64,000 nt of DNA from Pseudomonadota bacterium (lineage in GTDB: Bacteria; Pseudomonadota; Gammaproteobacteria; CALCKW01), in contig JBCCUP010000002.1 in NCBI GenBank assembly GCA_039196715.1, positions 73,601 through 137,600 on the forward strand. Direction: 5' to 3'. The stretch's first letter is position 1; every line of letters begins with the position of its first letter. Positions 60,004 through 64,000 of this stretch are shown one piece after another. Below the pieces are notes generated by a model, which saw only the letters and a list, made by a program, of their open reading frames with translations, was not told the origin of the DNA and ran no database searches. A program made the position numbers and the translations under genes.

Positions 60004-61320
60004 TCAGAGTGCTGGACCCATCACTGTATCCGGCAACCACGTGGCCAGGCCTGGAAAGAGACAGAGCAAAACTATAGCAATCAGCATACAAGCTACGAAG
60101 GGCAATGAACCGCGCAGGATTGTCTTTAGCGAAATCTCCGGCGCGATACCGTTGATGACGTAGAGGTTCAATCCGACAGGCGGGCTGATCAAGCCGATCT
60201 CCATGTTGATTGTCAAAACCACAGCGAACCAGATCGGATCAAAGCCGGCCCCGGTAATGACGGGCAGTAAAATTGGAGCTGTCATTAGGATGACCGCAAC
60301 AGGCGGCAAAAAGAAACCCGCTACAATCAAGAAGACGTTGATCGCGCACATCAGCACCCAACGGTTGACTTCTAGCTCACTAATCCAGGCGGCGATGGAT
60401 TGCGTGATGAAAAGGCTGGATAGCATGTAGGAGAAGACGCCGGCTGCTGCAATTATAAAAAGAATCATGACGCTCTCCTTGGTGCTGTCTCGCAGCACAG
60501 ACCAAAGCGCCTTGGGGCTCGTGAGCTTGTAAATAAACATCGCCACAACAAGGCAAAGCAACGCGCCAACGGCGGCTGTCTCAGACGGTGTAGCGACGCC
60601 GCCGTACATGGCATAGAGCACACCGATGATGATCGCAATAAAAGGCAGAACGCGCGGCATGATCTCCAGCCGTTCGCGCCATGTGTACCGAGCTTTAGCC
60701 TGGTTCGCGCGACCACCTGCTGCCCAAGTCGCATAGATTGACCATGCCATGAAAAGGCCAACCAGCAGCAGCCCAGGGATCACGCCGGCGAGAAACAATC
60801 TTCCAATTGAGGTTTCGGTCGCTATTCCGTAGACGATCATCGTGATCGAAGGCGGGATCAATATGCCAAGGGTGCCTCCTGCTGCGATAGATCCAGTTGC
60901 AATTTCGTCTGGGTACCCGCGCTTGCGCATCTCTGGAATGCCCATTTTTCCGATAGCAGCACAGGTCGCCGGGCTCGATCCGGACATAGCTGCAAAGAGC
61001 GCACAAGCACCAAGATTGGAGATTACTAGCCCACCAGGCACACGGGTGAGCCAGCGCTCAAGCGCCTCATAAAGATCGGCACCTGCTCGGGTCGAGGCGA
61101 TGGAAGCGCCCATGATGATGAACATCGGAATTGACAGCAAAGCAAAGCTGTCAAGTTTGCCGAAGAGAATTTCCGGAATCAGTTCTAACGAGCGTACGCC
61201 GTCGAAGATCAATAGAAATGCTGCTGATACAAACAAGAGTCCAATGGCTACCGAGATTCCCGAAAACAGTACCAGAACCGTGGCAACGCTTATTAGAGCA
61301 CCGAGAATTAAGGGGTCCAT
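60004..61320 (-). CDS. dctM: TRAP transporter large permease subunit DctM
   Basis: Internal ATG at 61320: MDPLILGALISVATVLVLFSGISVAIGLLFVSAAFLL…, 12-TM DctM family, 438 aa. The 52-codon N-terminal extension in the ORF track overlaps dctQ. Confidence 0.85.
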   Translation of the reverse strand: MDPLILGALISVATVLVLFSGISVAIGLLFVSAAFLLIFDGVRSLELIPEILFGKLDSFALLSIPMFIIMGASIASTRAGADLYEALERWLTRVPGGLVISNLGACALFAAMSGSSPATCAAIGKMGIPEMRKRGYPDEIATGSIAAGGTLGILIPPSITMIVYGIATETSIGRLFLAGVIPGLLLVGLFMAWSIYATWAAGGRANQAKARYTWRERLEIMPRVLPFIAIIIGVLYAMYGGVATPSETAAVGALLCLVVAMFIYKLTSPKALWSVLRDSTKESVMILFIIAAAGVFSYMLSSLFITQSIAAWISELEVNRWVLMCAINVFLIVAGFFLPPVAVILMTAPILLPVITGAGFDPIWFAVVLTINMEIGLISPPVGLNLYVINGIAPEISLKTILRGSLPFVACMLIAIVLLCLFPGLATWLPDTVMGPAL

Positions 61321-61328
61321 TTTGCGTT

Positions 61329-61838
61329 CTATTCCGACGAGATCGTGTAGAGAAGATCCGCGACAAGTTGCAGTAGAAAAAGACCAAGTCCAACTGGCAA
61401 CGAGAGATATGGGATCCACAGTGGAACTGCAGTCACTGTGTCTGAAGTCCAACCGCGCGACTGTGCGAGGTGCCAAAACTCGTATCCATAAGCGAGGCAG
61501 ACTGCGATAACGATAATTGCCGCAACGTGCGTGATGACTGCCAACACGCGCTTTGATTTTGGTCCAAGCCAGAGGGGCAGAAGATCAACGTTGACGTGGC
61601 CTTTGTGCTTTTGCACGAATGCAAGGCCTAGAAGTGTCGCGCCTACCATTAGGTAAACTACAACCTCGGTTTGCCATACAGTGGACGCATTAAGAATAAA
61701 GCGCACAAAGATCATTTGGCAGGTTAATATCACCGCGCCTAAGATCATAGCCGCAGCGATCCAACCAGAAATTTCTGACACCCAACCGATTGCGCGAGTT
61801 ATTCGCATCAAGTGTCGGCTGCGGGGCATTGTATTCAT
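61329..61838 (-). CDS. dctQ: TRAP transporter small permease subunit DctQ
   Basis: 4-TM, about 170 aa, …ISGWIAAAMILGAVILTCQMIFVRFILNASTVWQTEVVVYLMVGATLLG… Start uncertain (61838 or 61880). Confidence 0.75.
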   Translation of the reverse strand: MNTMPRSRHLMRITRAIGWVSEISGWIAAAMILGAVILTCQMIFVRFILNASTVWQTEVVVYLMVGATLLGLAFVQKHKGHVNVDLLPLWLGPKSKRVLAVITHVAAIIVIAVCLAYGYEFWHLAQSRGWTSDTVTAVPLWIPYLSLPVGLGLFLLQLVADLLYTISSE

Positions 61839-61902
61839 CGCGGTTTCTTCAGGGGCGACAAGAGAAGACCGGGCGCGCACCGTGGCCGCGCCCGGCGAGA
61901 CA

Positions 61903-62889
61903 TCACTCTACGGCCAGTGCCATGTCGAGAAGCGCTTTTCCATCTTCAACGGTCTCAACGAATTTTTTATAGGAAGTCTCCTGAGCGAGATCTTGCCACG
62001 CTGCAAAGTCCTCAGCTGTCATCTCGGCAATCTGGACGCCCGCCTCTTTGAAGACAGCAACAGAGGCAGCATCCTGCTTTTTTGCTTCTTCGAGGTAAAA
62101 GCTCTCAGCTTTGGCAGCGGCAGCAAGGAGTGCTTGTTGTTGATCGCTGGAGAGCCCTTCGTAAGTTGACTTGTTCATCAATAGCGGTTGATAGAGAAAC
62201 CAAAGCGCCACATCGGATGCTGGTGTGTAGCACGCCACTTGCTCGAATATCCGGTAGGACACAAAAGACGCGGACGAGGTGTTCGCGGCGTCCAGAACCC
62301 CCGTTTGCAGGGCACTGTAAATCTCGGAAGAGGCCATCGACGCGATTGAAGCGCCGGCCCCTACAAGCATCTGCTCAAAGGATTTCCCTGCAGCGCGGGT
62401 TTGTAGCCCGTCGACGTCATCGGGACTGGTGATGCATTTCTCTTTGCCGACAAAGCCGCCTGCCAAATAACCGTGTACGAGGACCATGACATCATCTTCG
62501 GCCATTTTGGCTTGAAGCGCGCTCATAAATGGCGATTTTGACAAACGGGCTGCGTGATCGTGGTTCTTCACGAGCCCGGGCATGAGTGTCAGGTTGAAAG
62601 AAGGCTGTTGTCCACCTGCATAGCTGAGTGGAAAAACTGTCATGTCGAGTTGGCCGCGGCTTAGCGGACGATATTGCTCGCGTGGTTTGAAAAGTGATTT
62701 CGATGGGAAAATCTTGATGTCGAGACCGACGTCAGCTGCCGCAACTTCGCGTGCGACGATTTCAGCCACCTGATGCCGGACATCTTTCGTGGACCATTGA
62801 TGTGAGAGCCGGAGCTCTTGCGCCTGCGCCGTCGCGGCGATCGAAACAGCGACAGTGGCCATCGCTAAGACTTGCTTGTTGAGAAACAT
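61903..62889 (-). CDS. dctP: TRAP transporter substrate-binding protein DctP
   Basis: Signal peptide (MFLNKQVLAMATVAVSIAATAQA) plus a DctP-family periplasmic binding domain. 328 aa. AGGAGAGGAG RBS 5 nt upstream. Confidence 0.85.
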   Translation of the reverse strand: MFLNKQVLAMATVAVSIAATAQAQELRLSHQWSTKDVRHQVAEIVAREVAAADVGLDIKIFPSKSLFKPREQYRPLSRGQLDMTVFPLSYAGGQQPSFNLTLMPGLVKNHDHAARLSKSPFMSALQAKMAEDDVMVLVHGYLAGGFVGKEKCITSPDDVDGLQTRAAGKSFEQMLVGAGASIASMASSEIYSALQTGVLDAANTSSASFVSYRIFEQVACYTPASDVALWFLYQPLLMNKSTYEGLSSDQQQALLAAAAKAESFYLEEAKKQDAASVAVFKEAGVQIAEMTAEDFAAWQDLAQETSYKKFVETVEDGKALLDMALAVE

Positions 62890-62904
62890 GATCTCCTCTC
62901 CTCT

Positions 62905-62939
62905 TATGTATGTCTATAAGGCGGGTAAAAGTATACATA
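62905..62939. promoter_or_regulatory. Candidate GntR/FadR-type operator in the dctP/gntR divergent region
   Basis: TATGTAT…ATACATA inverted repeat containing the GTATAC (GT-N2-AC) core at 62931-62936. The 140-bp AT-rich spacer separates divergent dctP and the GntR gene. Confidence 0.3.
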
Positions 62940-63029
62940 AAAATTCTATAAATATCCAGATGATCGACTACCCGTATCGACTTGTGCACACTTGACTGCT
63001 ACCCTCCAACCCAAAATTGAGGTTGATCT

Positions 63030-63671
63030 ATGGGCCGGATTGCTGTTCAACTCATTGAAACGATTAAGAAAGAGATCCACGAAGGATTGCTGCGACCCGG
63101 TGACCAGCTCGAAGAGTCGGAGCTTGCGCGAAAATTCGATGTCTCCAGAACGCCTGTTCGAGAAGCGATCCGGTCCCTTGTCGAGTCTGGCCTCCTGGAA
63201 ACTCGATCACGCAAAGGTGCGTTCGTCAGGACGTTGTCCGCGAAACAGGTCAACGACCTGTTTGAGGTTGCAGCCGAACTCGAGGGGCTCGCGTGTCGGT
63301 TGGCGGCAGAAAGATTGACTGACTCCGCAGCTGGGCTCATTCAAGATGGATACGACGCGTGTAGCAAAGCTGCGGTAAAAAATGACGCTACAGCCTATGC
63401 AGCTGCGAACCTCGCGTTCCACAGATCAATTCACGAGGCATCCAGTAATGACTGGTTGATCGAAGAGCTGAGTGAAATCGAAACACGCATAAACCCTTAC
63501 CGTGCGATGCCTTACAGGATGCGTAATCGCCTCGCCCAGTCGATCAAGGAACATGAGGCAATCAGAAGTGCGATTGAAGAGGGCGACGGGGTCCGAGCGC
63601 AAGATCTGATGCGCAGCCATATGATGATACAGGGACAAAGATTGCATCTCCTGCTGCAAAACATCGCTTGA
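63030..63671 (+). CDS. GntR family transcriptional regulator (FadR/FCD subfamily)
   Basis: N-terminal wHTH (…LEESELARKFDVSRTPVREAIRSLVESGLLETRSRKGAFV…) plus an all-helical FCD C-terminal domain. 213 aa. Confidence 0.85.
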   Translation: MGRIAVQLIETIKKEIHEGLLRPGDQLEESELARKFDVSRTPVREAIRSLVESGLLETRSRKGAFVRTLSAKQVNDLFEVAAELEGLACRLAAERLTDSAAGLIQDGYDACSKAAVKNDATAYAAANLAFHRSIHEASSNDWLIEELSEIETRINPYRAMPYRMRNRLAQSIKEHEAIRSAIEEGDGVRAQDLMRSHMMIQGQRLHLLLQNIA

Positions 63672-64000
63672 AGTCGCGGATTCAAGTCGTCTGCAATGCC
63701 CAGATGTTCAACTTTGCGCAAGTGGGTTCTAAGCGAATTCACTGCGTCGTGCTGCGCAATAAAAGAGGCTGAAATCGCGTCTGTGTACGCCCTCGGCTTG
63801 CCTGCACCGATAGACGTTAGTAGCGCTCGATGATGGCAGTCTCGAAGGTATGATTGCGCAGCACCGGCACCTTCAGCCTTGCCACCAGCCTTGGTCTACC
63901 GAGAGCGCTGACATCTCACATCGAATCGGTCTCGAAATCGAGCAAGGCGTTGTGCGTGTCTTCAACACTCGACCGAACCATCCCGTCCAAGTGATTCTTG

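Noticed and set aside
63916-64000. Possible C-terminus of a minus-strand gene running off the right edge (…KNHLDGMVRSSVEDTHNALLDFETDSM*).
   Set aside because: Only about 27 codons are visible and there is no recognisable motif. This cannot be supported from the window.

Overview
This is a GC-rich (about 67-68% over most of the window) gammaproteobacterial chromosomal segment centred on the replication-origin neighbourhood.

Left arm, all minus strand:
- atpI, cut by the left window edge.
- parB-parA-rsmG(gidB)-mnmG(gidA), with overlapping stop/start codons.
- A divergent argE.
- An Hsp20 small heat-shock gene.
- A beta-CASP MBL-fold RNase.
- A low-complexity coiled-coil ORF.
- mnmE-yidC-yidD-rnpA-rpmH.

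Gene orientation flips at rpmH|dnaA. The right arm carries dnaA-dnaN-recF-gyrB on the plus strand. The dnaA-dnaN spacer holds a cluster of DnaA-box-like 9-mers followed by a 42-nt, roughly 88% AT tract abutting dnaN; this is my best oriC/DUE candidate. The rpmH-dnaA spacer is GC-rich and has a single perfect DnaA box. Two parS 16-mers lie inside recF.

Downstream housekeeping blocks:
- prlC/opdA, ubiD, a MOSC-domain protein, a MATE pump.
- hemY-hemX-hemD-hemC (minus strand).
- lptM-lysA-dapF-yigA(DUF484)-xerC (the 57-codon lptM falls below the ORF-track cutoff).
- An unassigned roughly 490-aa protein with a possible PilZ-like C-terminus.
- hslVU.
- A LysR / TauE(SafE) divergent pair.
- An unusual ROK-regulator/TctB/TctA/metallophosphoesterase-TIM-barrel-fusion operon, divergent from tctC and a choline-sulfatase-like betC, with an AT-rich palindromic operator between them.
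- A LysR regulator, DUF1127, a nucleotidyltransferase, DUF971-ubiE-ubiJ-ubiB, a FemAB-like GNAT, DUF218.
- A PCD/GNAT/JmjC-cupin-oxygenase operon.
- uvrD and an SDR.

From about 58.8 kb to the window end GC drops to roughly 50%. This segment holds a racemase-like gene, a TRAP transporter (dctPQM) and a FadR-type GntR regulator; I read it as a horizontally acquired island whose far boundary is outside the window. A tandem 12-bp direct repeat sits at the GC-rich boundary.

Several genes need non-ATG starts: TTG for dnaA and hslV, GTG for mnmE, ubiB and lysA. rnpA has no canonical start in frame. No CRISPR, tRNA, rRNA or transposase was seen.
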